A DNA stretch of 64,000 nt from Phycisphaerae bacterium (GCA_016929245.1 JAFGJE010000233.1:1883-65882); one strand, 5' to 3'; counted from the first letter of the stretch, positions 49,206 to 59,418 are shown. Notes: generated by a model from the letters alone, not told the origin. Numbers and translations are program-made.

Positions 49206-50455
49206 CGTCTCCCGCGAATCTTCGCGCGCGAATCCTGTCCGTCGGAAATGAACTGACGATGGGCCAGACCGTGGACACCAACAGCGCCTACCTCGCGCAA
49301 CAGTTGGCCGGCGTGGGGATCGAAACCATCGGTCATGAAACCGTCGGCGACAATCAACCCGCGATCGTCCAGGCCCTCCGCCGGGCGGCGGAACTGGCGG
49401 ACGTGGTGATTGTCAGCGGCGGGCTGGGGCCAACCCCCGACGACGTGACCCGCCAGGCGCTTGCCGAAGCAATGGGCGCACCCCTCGAACTCGACGAAGC
49501 AAGCCTGGCGAATATCGAAGCCTATTTCCGCAAGCGCAGCCGCACGATGACACCGAGTAACCGCGTCCAGGCGATGGTTCCCAAAGGCGCCGAACCGCTC
49601 CCCAACACGCGCGGGACGGCCCCGGGGATCGCCGCGAAGCTGGGCGAAGCGCAAGTGTTCGTCCTGCCGGGTGTGCCGTATGAAATGCGGGCGATGTTCG
49701 AGTTCGCCGTCGCGCCGCGATTACCCGCCGGGCGAGGCGTGATTTTGCATCGCATCGTCCGGCTGTTCGGAACCGGCGAATCGAACTTCGCCGAAATGCT
49801 CCGGGATCTGCTGACCGACGCCGGGCCTTTGGTCGTTGGAACGACGGTCGCGGCGGGCTTGGTGTCGATCCGCGTCCATTCCCGCGCCGAGACGCACGAA
49901 CAGGCCGAGCGCCAGGCGCAAAAACGAATCGAGCAGATTCTCCAATGTGTCGGCGAGCGGGCGCTGGGCGTGGGCGAAGAAGCGACGATGGAATCCGCCG
50001 TCGGAGCGCTGCTGCGGAAAACCGGCAAAACCCTCGCGACCGCGGAAAGCTGTACCGGCGGGTTGGTCGGGCAGATGATGACAGCCGTCCCGGGCGCGAG
50101 CGAATATTACCTCGGTGGAGTCGTCTCCTACGCCGACCGCGTGAAGGAAGAACAACTCGGCGTACCCGGCGATGTGCTCCGGCAGCACGGTGCCGTCAGC
50201 GAACCGGTCGCCAAGGCGATGGCTATCGGCGTGCGCGAACGGCTGGGAGCGGATTACGGAATCGCCATAACCGGCATCGCGGGACCGGCCGGAGGAACTG
50301 ACGAAAAACCGGTAGGCCTGGTCTACACCGCCCTGGCAGGTCCAAATGGAACCGCCGTCGAGAAACACCTTCTTTCGGGCGACCGCCCCATGATCCGCCT
50401 GCGAGCCGCCCTGGCGGCTTTAAATCCCCTCCGACTGCAACTGCTGAAACAATAA
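49202..50455 (+). CDS. cinA: competence/damage-inducible protein CinA (MoCF-binding domain plus C-terminal nicotinamide-nucleotide amidohydrolase PncC domain)
   Basis: ...RILSVGNELTMGQTVDTNSAYLAQQL...VVIVSGGLGPTPDDVT... is the N-terminal domain. ...TLATAESCTGGLVGQMMTAVPGASEYYLGGVVSYAD... is the CinA C-terminal domain. The track ORF is 5'-extended by 31 aa. Confidence 0.9.
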   Translation: MTSPANLRARILSVGNELTMGQTVDTNSAYLAQQLAGVGIETIGHETVGDNQPAIVQALRRAAELADVVIVSGGLGPTPDDVTRQALAEAMGAPLELDEASLANIEAYFRKRSRTMTPSNRVQAMVPKGAEPLPNTRGTAPGIAAKLGEAQVFVLPGVPYEMRAMFEFAVAPRLPAGRGVILHRIVRLFGTGESNFAEMLRDLLTDAGPLVVGTTVAAGLVSIRVHSRAETHEQAERQAQKRIEQILQCVGERALGVGEEATMESAVGALLRKTGKTLATAESCTGGLVGQMMTAVPGASEYYLGGVVSYADRVKEEQLGVPGDVLRQHGAVSEPVAKAMAIGVRERLGADYGIAITGIAGPAGGTDEKPVGLVYTALAGPNGTAVEKHLLSGDRPMIRLRAALAALNPLRLQLLKQ

Positions 50456-50512
50456 GGTTCGATAAGAATCCATACTTCGCATCCTGTATTTCACTATGTT
50501 ATTCATTCCATT

Positions 50513-50574
50513 TTCCAACACCGCCAAACGGCAAGCCGATTTGAATATCGGCTTGCCGTTTGGCGGTGTTGGAA
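50513..50574. repeat. conserved palindromic terminator-like element, copy 3 (perfect 25-bp arms)
   Basis: TTCCAACACCGCCAAACGGCAAGCC-gatttgaatatc-GGCTTGCCGTTTGGCGGTGTTGGAA followed by AAAGAGG. Lies 58 bp after the cinA stop. Confidence 0.6.
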
Positions 50575-51081
50575 AAAGAGGAAAATATTATTTTTCAGTC
50601 AACAGGTGTTGAAATGTGCGCAAAAAAAAGGCGACCCAGGTACAGCGGGATCGCCCTCTATTGAAAAAACCGCCTCGCGGGACGGGTTATTGCGGATGGG
50701 GAACGGAAAAGCGCCTTTCGGCGCGCAGTGGTACAGAAAAACGAAACCGTCCTATGTTCAGGGATTCAACCGCCTTCGGTACAACCAACTCTCACCGCCG
50801 GTGCGCCCTCCATAGCCGGTGTCCCTTTCGCCTCCAGAATCAAAAATCGCACGACTGCCCAACGTTTGTGCAATGCAACGGAGAACTCATTATACGCCAA
50901 AAGGGGATTTTGTCAAGGGAACTCATGCAATTCCTCGGAAATGTTCGATAGAAATACGGTAGGGTATCCGCGCCGTTCTCGGCCGGCGGAGGCCTTGTGT
51001 CGTGAATGAACGAGTATTCCGGTTTTGCGCGACGGGTGAGAAAATTCTCGCGCCGGACTGGACTTTTCCCGAAAGCGTGGT

Positions 51082-52518
51082 ATGAGAAACGGTATGGAGA
51101 CCGAACGAGAATCCCGGACGGATCAATCCTCGACGTCCTATCTAGGCCGTCGCGTGCACTTAATCGGTATCGGCGGATCGGGCATGAGGGGCTTGGCGCA
51201 GATGCTGCTCGACGCCGGCGCGGTCGTCAGCGGATCGGATTCCTGCGGGAACGGCTCGCTCCAGCGCCTGCGGGACGCCGGCGCGACGGTGGCTGTGGGC
51301 CAGGCGCCGGAGAATCTTCCCGACGGCTGCGAACTGGTCGTGTACACCGCGGCGGTCAGCGATCAGAATCCCGAACGGATCGCCGCGAAGCGACGCGGGA
51401 TCGAGGTGATCAAGTACGCCGAAATGCTCGGTAGGCTGATGCGGCGGAAGACCGGGCTGGCCGTCGCGGGAACGCACGGAAAGAGCACCACGACCGCGAT
51501 GGTCGCCTATGCCCTTCGCCAGGCCGGCGCGGATCCCAGCTTCATCGTCGGCGCGACGGTGGAACAACTCGGCGGACCCAGCGGCGCCGGCGCGGGCGAA
51601 CACTTCGTAGCCGAGGCCTGCGAGTTCGACCGCAGCTTCCTGAACCTTTCCCCGAAGTACGCCGCCATCCTGAACATCGAGGAAGACCACCTCGACTGCT
51701 ACCGCGACCTCGAGGCGATTATCGAAGCCTTCCGCGCGTTTACGTCCCGCGTCGGTTCCGACGGCGTGTTGATCGCCAACGGCGAGGACCGCAACGTCCT
51801 CGAAGCGACGCGCGACGCGCTGTGTGACGTGGAAACCTTCGGATTCACGGATGACTGTCATTGGCGGGGCGAGGTGCTCGGGGACGATCGAGGCCGGGTG
51901 CATCTGGTGATGTACAAAGCCGGCGAGGAATTTTGTCGCTTCACGGCCTCCTTGCCGGGTATGCACAATGCGTATAATTCCCTGGCGGCGGCGGGGTTGT
52001 TGTACCACGCGGGGTTGAAACCCAGCCAGATCGCCGAACACTTGGCGACCTTCGGCGGGGCGAAACGGCGCATGACGCTAAAAGCCCAGGACGGCGGGAT
52101 CACCGTGGTGGACGATTACGCCCATCATCCCACGGAAATCCAGGCCTCCCTGCGGGCGCTGCGGGATTATTATCGTCCCGAGCGGATGCTGTGCATCTTT
52201 CAGCCGCACCAGCACAGTCGCACCCGGTTTCTGCTGAAGGATTTCGCCGCGAGTTTCGCCCAGGCGGACGAAGTCATCCTGCCGGACATCTATTTCGTCC
52301 GCGACAGCGAAAAGGAAAAGGACCACATTTCCTCGAGTGACCTGGTCGCGCAGATTCGCATGCGCGGCGGGTCGGCGCGATACGAACCGACGTTCGAGGG
52401 AATTCTGGAATATATGAAAACCACACTTCGTGACGGCGACCTGGTGGTGACCATGGGCGCCGGGAACGTATGGGAACTGGCCGATGAACTTGTTCGATGG
52501 ATTCGAGAAGATCGTTAA
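51082..52518 (+). CDS. murC: UDP-N-acetylmuramate--L-alanine ligase MurC
   Basis: ...VHLIGIGGSGMRGLAQMLLDAGAVVSGSD...GTHGKSTTTAM... and colinear Mur ligase domains. Confidence 0.95.
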   Translation: MRNGMETERESRTDQSSTSYLGRRVHLIGIGGSGMRGLAQMLLDAGAVVSGSDSCGNGSLQRLRDAGATVAVGQAPENLPDGCELVVYTAAVSDQNPERIAAKRRGIEVIKYAEMLGRLMRRKTGLAVAGTHGKSTTTAMVAYALRQAGADPSFIVGATVEQLGGPSGAGAGEHFVAEACEFDRSFLNLSPKYAAILNIEEDHLDCYRDLEAIIEAFRAFTSRVGSDGVLIANGEDRNVLEATRDALCDVETFGFTDDCHWRGEVLGDDRGRVHLVMYKAGEEFCRFTASLPGMHNAYNSLAAAGLLYHAGLKPSQIAEHLATFGGAKRRMTLKAQDGGITVVDDYAHHPTEIQASLRALRDYYRPERMLCIFQPHQHSRTRFLLKDFAASFAQADEVILPDIYFVRDSEKEKDHISSSDLVAQIRMRGGSARYEPTFEGILEYMKTTLRDGDLVVTMGAGNVWELADELVRWIREDR

Positions 52519-53362
52519 AGAGAACGAACCCCTGGCGGCTCACACGTGGTTCCGCATCGGCGGGCCCGCGCGGTATTTTATCGAACCCGAAACGTTCGAC
52601 GATCTCTGCCGCGTCGTGAAACGCTGCCGGGAGAACGAAATTCCGATGTACGTCCTGGGCGGTGGGGCGAATCTGCTGGTCGCCGACGCGGGCGTGAAGG
52701 GCGCGGTGATCCGCCTGGCGGGGGAAGAGTTCCAGAAGGTGAAGTTCGACGACGCGAACCTGACCGTCGGCGCCGGCGCGGACATGGGCAAAATCGTCCT
52801 GCGCTGCGTCCGCGAGGGGCGCAGCGGTCTGGAAGGCCTAACGGGCGTGCCCGGTACGGTCGGCGGGTGCGTGCGCATGAACGCCGGCGGCGCGTTCGGC
52901 GACGTCGGTTCGACCATCGAATCCGTGACCGTGATGGACGAGGAGGGTAACACCTTCCAGCGGTTTCGGCCGGATTTGGCGTTCGCGTATCGAAGCACGA
53001 ATATCACCGCGAAGTTCATCCTATCTGCCACCTTCAGCATGGCCGACGACGACCCGCACCGGATCTTAAAGGAGATCAAGCAGATCTGGATGCACAAGAA
53101 GAACACCCAACCCTTAGCGGCCCGCAACGCCGGGTGCGTTTTTAAAAATCCGCGCGGTATGAGCGCCGGGGCGCTGATCGACAAAGCCGGGATGAAAGGG
53201 CGCCGCGTCGGCGGGGCGTACGTGTCGGAAAAACACGCTAATTTCATCCTCGCCGAGAAGGGCGCGACGGCCTTCGACGTGCTGCGACTGATCGATATGA
53301 TCCGCGACGCCGTGGCGCGGGAATTCAACGTGAACCTGGAAAAAGAAATCGAAGTGTGGTGA
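52484..53362 (+). CDS. murB: UDP-N-acetylenolpyruvoylglucosamine reductase MurB
   Basis: ...HTWFRIGGPARYFIEP...VLGGGANLLV... is the FAD-binding domain. ...GAYVSEKHANFIL... is the C-terminal domain. Overlaps the murC 3' end by 35 nt. Confidence 0.9.
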   Translation: MNLFDGFEKIVKENEPLAAHTWFRIGGPARYFIEPETFDDLCRVVKRCRENEIPMYVLGGGANLLVADAGVKGAVIRLAGEEFQKVKFDDANLTVGAGADMGKIVLRCVREGRSGLEGLTGVPGTVGGCVRMNAGGAFGDVGSTIESVTVMDEEGNTFQRFRPDLAFAYRSTNITAKFILSATFSMADDDPHRILKEIKQIWMHKKNTQPLAARNAGCVFKNPRGMSAGALIDKAGMKGRRVGGAYVSEKHANFILAEKGATAFDVLRLIDMIRDAVAREFNVNLEKEIEVW

Positions 53363-53380
53363 GTCGGTTGACGGGTTGAT

Positions 53381-53513
53381 TTGTTAACTGGTTAACTGGA
53401 AAAGCATTACAAATTTTTCTCGCAATAAAAGCTTTGGGAATTTTCCATATTGGTTTGATCATGAATTTCTGTATTTTTTCCCGGTTAACCAATGAACAAA
53501 GTAACCGGTTAAC
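53381..53513. promoter_or_regulatory. AT-rich intergenic region with four GTTAAC palindromes (tandem GTTAACTGGTTAACTGG; inverted GGTTAACC...AACCGGTTAAC) upstream of ddl
   Basis: Motif copies at about 53384, 53391, 53485 and 53508. Sharp GC drop relative to the flanking genes. Confidence 0.3.
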
Positions 53514-53645
53514 AGAATATAGGGTAAAACCTTTACACGGTTATTTCCGATAATAAACTATTAAGAAGCACCGCACGATCAGCCGCGTTGGGCTGCCGGG
53601 AGGAATGCAACGAACGCGTGCGGAAATACGGATGGGGTGATAGAC

Positions 53646-54617
53646 ATGGAAGTCTTTGAGATGACAGAAGCTGTGAAACGAGAGCTGTACGACATCACGG
53701 TGTTGATGGGAGGTCCGTCCAAAGAACGCGAGGTGAGTTTACTCAGCGGCGCCGCTGTCGCCAAAGCCCTGCAGGAAGCGGGTCATAAGGTCACGCGGGC
53801 CGACATCACCCCGCGGGACACCTCCGCGCTGGACCGTCCGGGTATGGACATCGCGTTTATCGCCCTGCACGGGGAGTTCGGCGAGTCCGGCGAGCTTCAA
53901 CAACTCTGCGAGGAGCGGGGTGTGCGATATACCGGTTCCCCGCCGCGCGCCAGCCGGCTGGGCATGGACAAAGCCGCCACCAAGCAACTCCTCCTTCGCT
54001 CCGACATCCACACGCCCGAATGGATGATTATCGAAAAATTTCACTCCCGCAAGGACGTGGATCGCTGGGTGAAGGAAATCGACCCGCCCGTGGTCGTCAA
54101 ACCCGTCAACGACGGTTCCAGCCTGGACGTGTACATCTGCCCCGACGCCGCCGGCCGGAATGAAGCCCTGGAAGAACTACTGGACACCTATGGCCGGGCG
54201 ATGCTCGAAGAGTATGTCGAAGGCAGGGAACTGACCGTCGGCATCCTCGGCAGGGCGGCGCTGCCGATTATTGAAATCGTCCCCTCGCGGAAATTCTTCG
54301 ATTACAAAGCCAAATACGCCGACGACTCCGGCACGGAATATATCATCAATCCGAATCTGCCCGACGACGTCGCCCGACGCGTGAAGGTCGACGCGATCAA
54401 GGCCCACGACATTCTCGGCTGTCGGGATTTTTCGCGCGTGGACTTCATTCTCGATCACGAAAACGTTCCGCAATTCCTGGAGATCAACACGATTCCGGGA
54501 TTCACGAGTCACTCCCTCGTGCCGATGGCCGCCCGCCAGTTGGGCATCGGTATGCCCGACCTGTGCGATCGGATCGTCCGCATGGCGATGGAACGACAAA
54601 TGTGCCCCAGCGCGTAA
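53646..54617 (+). CDS. ddl: D-alanine--D-alanine ligase
   Basis: ...ITVLMGGPSKEREVSLLSGAAVAKAL... then the ATP-grasp core ...ELTVGILG.... The track ORF starts at a GTG at 53637. The ATG at 53646 or 53661 is more likely. Confidence 0.9.
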   Translation: MEVFEMTEAVKRELYDITVLMGGPSKEREVSLLSGAAVAKALQEAGHKVTRADITPRDTSALDRPGMDIAFIALHGEFGESGELQQLCEERGVRYTGSPPRASRLGMDKAATKQLLLRSDIHTPEWMIIEKFHSRKDVDRWVKEIDPPVVVKPVNDGSSLDVYICPDAAGRNEALEELLDTYGRAMLEEYVEGRELTVGILGRAALPIIEIVPSRKFFDYKAKYADDSGTEYIINPNLPDDVARRVKVDAIKAHDILGCRDFSRVDFILDHENVPQFLEINTIPGFTSHSLVPMAARQLGIGMPDLCDRIVRMAMERQMCPSA

Positions 54618-54696
54618 GACGCTTCTCACGTTACTTTCCACCCATATCGGATACCCGGCGCTTTATTCTTTTCGTGTTGGTTTTTATGATACTTCC

Positions 54697-55854
54697 ATGA
54701 CCGACGACAAAAATCCGTCCGCGACGGATGCTTTCCATTCCCCCGTCGTGGATCGCGTTCGGAATGATCCCGAACCGAATCGCTGGATTCTCCCGCGGGG
54801 GGAATTGGTTTTACCGCGCGTGTTCGGATTCTGCCGCGGGGTGAAACGCGCCTTGGCGCTGGCGGCCCGCGCGACCGATGAACACGCGCGTCGCGTCGCG
54901 CCAGGTCGACTGGTTCTGCTGGGGGAGATCATCCACAATCCCTGGGTCAACGCCTACTTCCAAAATCGCGGCGTGACCATTCTGACCCGCCCGCAACGGC
55001 AGGACGTTGAAGAACATGTCACGAGCGAAGATTGCGCGATTATCCCCGCGTTCGGCGTGCCGTTGCCCATCGAGCGACGCCTGCGCGACATCGGCTGTCA
55101 GATCGTGGACTGCACCTGCGGCGACGTGCGACGCTTATGGACCTGGAGCGAGCAGGCGGCCCGCGACGGATACGGCGTGATCGTGTTCGGCCGTTCGGAG
55201 CACGACGAAACCGTCGTGACGAAAAGTCGCCTCACCGAAGCGGGCGGGGTGTATCTGGTGCTCGAGACCCTTCCGCAGGTGGAAACATTTGGAACCATGC
55301 TCCGCAATGGAGTCCGTGACGCGGAATTTCAGGCGTCGTTTTCCCCCTCGACCACGAACGCCGAGAGTATGAAGGCCTTTGAGACGCTCGCCCAGGTCAG
55401 CCAGACGACCATGCTTTATCATCACACCCAGCGCGTGCGGGAGATTCTCACAGCCGCGTACTCTGCCCGTTTTGGGGAGACGGCGGCGGAACGACTGCGA
55501 TTTCAACCCACCGTCTGCCGTGCCACGCAGGACCGGCAGGACGCTGCCGTCGAGTTGTGTCAGTCCCGGTGCGATCTGGTGATCGTCGTGGGGGGATTCG
55601 GTTCGTCCAACACGCGCCACCTGCACGAACTGGCCCGCCGGTACGCGCCGGCGTATCTCATCGAAAACGCCGAAGCGATCCAGTCGGCGGAGCAGCTGCA
55701 GGCCTACAACCGTCAAGCCGACGCCGCCGAAACGATCCGCGACTGGTTGCCGAATAAGCGACCCCTTCACGTCGGTCTGCTGGCCGGCGCGTCCAGCCCG
55801 GAAATCGTCATCGGACAGGTGCTCCAGCGCCTCGCGGAATTCCTCACCCATTGA
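54697..55854 (+). CDS. ispH: 4-hydroxy-3-methylbut-2-enyl diphosphate reductase IspH/LytB (with insertions, 385 aa)
   Basis: Three Cys-containing motifs typical of IspH (...FGFCRGVKRAL..., ...DCTCGDVRRLW..., ...VVGGFGSSNTRHL...) and ...IIHNPWV.... Confidence 0.85.
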   Translation: MTDDKNPSATDAFHSPVVDRVRNDPEPNRWILPRGELVLPRVFGFCRGVKRALALAARATDEHARRVAPGRLVLLGEIIHNPWVNAYFQNRGVTILTRPQRQDVEEHVTSEDCAIIPAFGVPLPIERRLRDIGCQIVDCTCGDVRRLWTWSEQAARDGYGVIVFGRSEHDETVVTKSRLTEAGGVYLVLETLPQVETFGTMLRNGVRDAEFQASFSPSTTNAESMKAFETLAQVSQTTMLYHHTQRVREILTAAYSARFGETAAERLRFQPTVCRATQDRQDAAVELCQSRCDLVIVVGGFGSSNTRHLHELARRYAPAYLIENAEAIQSAEQLQAYNRQADAAETIRDWLPNKRPLHVGLLAGASSPEIVIGQVLQRLAEFLTH

Positions 55855-55866
55855 GCAAAAGTCAAT

Positions 55867-56835
55867 TTATTCCCAGATCACATCCCCAGCCGGGAATACC
55901 GGGCCGTCGGTGCAGCAGAGTTTATACGACCAGCCTTGTTCGCCGGCGTCGCGGATTTTCACCACGCAGGACTGGCAGGTGCCCATACCGCAGGCCATGT
56001 GACGCTCGAGCGAGAGGTAACATTCGATATCCCGCGCGATGCAGATTTCACCCACGCGCCGCATCATGACTTCCGGGCCGCAGGAATAGACGACCAGTTG
56101 ATTCCCGGCTGCAGCGCCTGAATCCAGCCATTGCTCGAACGCCTGGGTGATGAATCCTTTGACGCCCAACGAACCGTCGTCGGTGGTCAAAACCGTTGGT
56201 GTCTCAGCCTGGGCGAATTCCGCTGTGCAAAGGGTGGGCGTTCCATCCGTCGCCGCCGGCTGGACGCCTTTCGCCAACGGCAGCAATTCCCTGCTTCGCG
56301 CCCCGCAGAAGGCTGTCGCTTTTTTCCCCGCCTCCTGAAGCGCGTGAGCGAGATAGATCATCGGCGGAATTCCCACGCCTCCACCGACCAGCGCGGCGGC
56401 GGGTTTGGCGTCGATGATCGGCAGGGGATGTCCTAACGGACCGAGAACGGACAGCTCCTGTCCCGCCCGGACATTCGCCAGCCGGCGCGTTCCCGCACCG
56501 ACCGTGCGGTAGAGGATTTCCAGTTCCACCGCGCCCGCGTCGTCGCGGCGTCCCGCCAGCGACAAAGGCCTGCGCAGCAGCGGTTCGGTTCCCATAAGTT
56601 CCGGCTGGGTGAATTGCGGCGGTTTATTTTCGGGCCAATCGACGACGGCTGCGCCGAGTTGCGGCGCGGGGGGACGACACTGCAACTGCACGAACTGCCC
56701 CGCCCGACTGGGCGGAAACTCCGTCAATCGCAGCCGTAAGCGATAATGCTCATCACAAACGGCGTCGTTGGCAGCCACCGTCGCTACATACACACCCCGC
56801 GAGGATAAGGTTTCATTGCACATGATCCGCATCAT
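55867..56835 (-). CDS. FAD/NAD(P)-binding oxidoreductase with C-terminal 2Fe-2S cluster (PyrK-like dihydroorotate dehydrogenase electron-transfer subunit family)
   Basis: Ferredoxin-reductase-like fold. C-terminal Cys cluster ...CGMGTCQSCVV.... Confidence 0.7.
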   Translation of the reverse strand: MMRIMCNETLSSRGVYVATVAANDAVCDEHYRLRLRLTEFPPSRAGQFVQLQCRPPAPQLGAAVVDWPENKPPQFTQPELMGTEPLLRRPLSLAGRRDDAGAVELEILYRTVGAGTRRLANVRAGQELSVLGPLGHPLPIIDAKPAAALVGGGVGIPPMIYLAHALQEAGKKATAFCGARSRELLPLAKGVQPAATDGTPTLCTAEFAQAETPTVLTTDDGSLGVKGFITQAFEQWLDSGAAAGNQLVVYSCGPEVMMRRVGEICIARDIECYLSLERHMACGMGTCQSCVVKIRDAGEQGWSYKLCCTDGPVFPAGDVIWE

Positions 56836-56956
56836 ACCAAAGACAATATGACTTTGCGCGGTGGGAATCTTTTCACTCCGCGCATTTACTCAAGAATTAA
56901 TCTCGACAGTCGGGTGCCGTGGTTCGCGGAGCGCAGCGGAGCAACCACGGCACCCT

Positions 56957-58006
56957 TTAATGACGCACGGTGGCGGTGGCTGCCAGTCCCAGATCGGAAG
57001 TCCGCCCCGCCTGGAGATAGTGATACCCCAATCCGGCGATCATAGCCGCGTTGTCGGTGCAGTATTTCAAAGGAGGACGTCGCAATGTGCAGCCGAGTTT
57101 CTTCGCCAGTGTTTCCGCGGCCGCGCGCAGGGCGGAGTTGGCCGCCACGCCGCCGCCCAGGAGAATCGTCTTCGCGCCGGTCTGTTGGACGGCCCGTCGG
57201 ATTTTCGTCGTCAGCACCTCCACGACCGCCTGCTGAAAGCTCGCGGCGATGTCGTGAATTTCCTGCCGCGAAAAATGCTCCAGCCCGCGCGGATGATCGT
57301 ATTGCATACCCGGCACGCCGTTGACGTGGTACAGCACGGCTGTCTTGATTCCGCTGAAACTGAAATCCAGCGATTGCCCTTTCAAGAGCGTTCGCGGAAA
57401 ACGAACCGCGGCGGGATCGCCTTCTTTCGCGGCCCGGTCGATCACGGGCCCACCGGGGTATCCCAGTTGCAGAATACTGGCGACCTTGTCGAATGCCTCC
57501 CCGGCGGCGTCGTCGATGGTCGTGCCGAGAAGGTTCATCTCGATCGGCCCGGTGCAATGATACAGGGACGTGTGTCCGCCGCTGGCGATCAGCGCCACGG
57601 CGGGGTAGTTGATGGGTTCCTCGTCCAGCGCCGGCGCGCAGGCGTGGGCGTAGACGTGGTTGACGCCCACGAGCGGAACGTCCCAGACCCACGCGAGCGT
57701 CTTGGCGGCCATCAGCCCCACCAGCAGCGACCCGATCAATCCCGGCTGATGCGTCACCGCGACGGCGGAGATGTCCCCGGGATCCACGCCGCCGGCCTGC
57801 AGCGCCTCGGCGATGACGGAATTGATCTGCTCCACGTGGGCGCGGGACGCCAGTTCCGGAACGACCCCGCCGAAACGGGTGTGCAGGTCGATCTGACTGG
57901 CGACGGCGTTGGCGAGCACCTCGCGTCCGTCGCGCACCAGGGCGCAGGCGGCTTCGTCGCAACTGCTTTCCACCCCCAGGAGAATCGTATGGTTTGGAGG
58001 TGTCAT
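56957..58006 (-). CDS. tsaD: tRNA N6-adenosine threonylcarbamoyltransferase TsaD (Kae1/YgjD)
   Basis: ...ILLGVESSCDEAACALV...NHVYAHA...SGGHTSLY...VSGGVAANSALR... are all TsaD hallmarks. Overlapping 499-aa and 378-aa track ORFs are rejected. Confidence 0.95.
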   Translation of the reverse strand: MTPPNHTILLGVESSCDEAACALVRDGREVLANAVASQIDLHTRFGGVVPELASRAHVEQINSVIAEALQAGGVDPGDISAVAVTHQPGLIGSLLVGLMAAKTLAWVWDVPLVGVNHVYAHACAPALDEEPINYPAVALIASGGHTSLYHCTGPIEMNLLGTTIDDAAGEAFDKVASILQLGYPGGPVIDRAAKEGDPAAVRFPRTLLKGQSLDFSFSGIKTAVLYHVNGVPGMQYDHPRGLEHFSRQEIHDIAASFQQAVVEVLTTKIRRAVQQTGAKTILLGGGVAANSALRAAAETLAKKLGCTLRRPPLKYCTDNAAMIAGLGYHYLQAGRTSDLGLAATATVRH

Positions 58007-59418
58007 TTCGTGTTTTTATCATCCGTTTTCGCGCGGCGTTCCTGTTGCTCCAGTTTTTTGCGATACGCCTCCTCGGCGCGACGATTCTTCGCCGCCAGGG
58101 CGTCGAGAATCGCTTCCATGTCCCTGGGTTTGTTCAGCAGCGCCTCGGCCATCATCAGTTGCGGGTCGGCGTTCCAGGCCCGGGGCGGCGGGGAAGATTG
58201 TGTCGCCGGACGCGTCGTCGAGGATTTCTCCGGGCGCGGCAGGACGCATAATTCCCGGCGCCGTTTTCGGATGGCTGTCGCCTGGTCGTCGCGGAGTTTC
58301 AGCGTCACCTGTGGAGCGACGCCCCATTCCTTCGCGCCGCGTCGTCGCTGGATCGGCTGATCCGGCGGGACGAGGAACTCCGCGGTCGTCAGATGGATCT
58401 GCCCCAGCTCATTCGGCAGGCGGATCATGGTCTGCACGCACCCCTTGCCGCGCGTTCGCCGGCCCAGAAGAACCGCCCGGGTGTTGGCCGCCAGCGCCCC
58501 GGCGACGATCTCCGCCGCGGACGTGGTTTTCTCGTCGATCAGCACGACCATCGGCACGTCGGCGTAGGGGGTGTCGGCGTGGGCGCGATGCGTTTGCCGT
58601 TCCTCGTCCCGCGCCAGAACATGCACGATCGAACCGTCGCGAAGGAACAGGTCCGCCACAGCCACCCCGTCGGACAACACCCCGCCGGGATTGTCGCGCA
58701 GGTCCAGAACGATCCCGTGAATCTCCCCCAGGCTCCGAAGGACGTTTCCCAATTGCCGGGCGGTGTCGGAGCAGAATTCGGGAATCCGCAGGTAGTACAC
58801 CCCGACTTTTTCCCCCAGCCGATACTGCCACATCCCCGTCGCGTCGCGCTGCAGGCCTTGCACGGTCTCGACGGGATACGCTTCGGGCGTCAGCCGCACC
58901 GGTCGCGATTGGCCGGTGTCGGCGTCCAGAATCGTCAACGCGACGCTTTGACCCTTCCGCGGCGAAAGGAAGGAACGAATCTCTTTCGGCGCGAGGGTTT
59001 GAATCGCCTTCTCGTTGATGGCCGTGACGCGGTCGCCGCGAAACAGCCGGGCCTTGTGGGCCGGGGAATCGGGCCGCGGGCCGAGGATGAGAAGCCCTTT
59101 CTCGTCGAGCGTCCATTCCAGTCCCAGATCCCGCCCGGCCCCCAGAATGCGGTCCGTCAGCGCCTGGGCGTTTTCGTGCGATACATACGTGGAGAATTCA
59201 TCGAGCCTGCCTACCATCCCACGAACGGCGGATCGCTGGAGTTCCTTCGCGTCGACGGGTTGATAATACTGCTCGCGGATCACGCGGTACGTCTGCTCGA
59301 CCGGCCCGAATTCGCCCCGCCCGCCGACGCGCGGCACGCGGGGCTGGCGCCAGACCAGCAGCAGCACAGCCGCCATCGCCAGCAGGATCGCGATCCAGAT
59401 AAGGTTTCGTCTCGGCAT
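58003..59418 (-). CDS. carboxy-terminal processing protease (S41 family, CtpA/Prc-like) with PDZ domain
   Basis: N-terminal TM anchor. ...LDLRDNPGGVLSDGVAVADLF... plus ...EKTTSAAEIVAGAL...RTRGKG... is the S41 catalytic Ser/Lys region. Confidence 0.85.
   Translation of the reverse strand: MPRRNLIWIAILLAMAAVLLLVWRQPRVPRVGGRGEFGPVEQTYRVIREQYYQPVDAKELQRSAVRGMVGRLDEFSTYVSHENAQALTDRILGAGRDLGLEWTLDEKGLLILGPRPDSPAHKARLFRGDRVTAINEKAIQTLAPKEIRSFLSPRKGQSVALTILDADTGQSRPVRLTPEAYPVETVQGLQRDATGMWQYRLGEKVGVYYLRIPEFCSDTARQLGNVLRSLGEIHGIVLDLRDNPGGVLSDGVAVADLFLRDGSIVHVLARDEERQTHRAHADTPYADVPMVVLIDEKTTSAAEIVAGALAANTRAVLLGRRTRGKGCVQTMIRLPNELGQIHLTTAEFLVPPDQPIQRRRGAKEWGVAPQVTLKLRDDQATAIRKRRRELCVLPRPEKSSTTRPATQSSPPPRAWNADPQLMMAEALLNKPRDMEAILDALAAKNRRAEEAYRKKLEQQERRAKTDDKNTK

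Noticed and set aside
50606-51009. Small track ORFs (61-111 aa) in the cinA-murC gap
   Set aside because: No ribosome-binding sites, Arg/Pro-rich translations, mutually overlapping frames. The region is treated as non-coding with possible RNA content.
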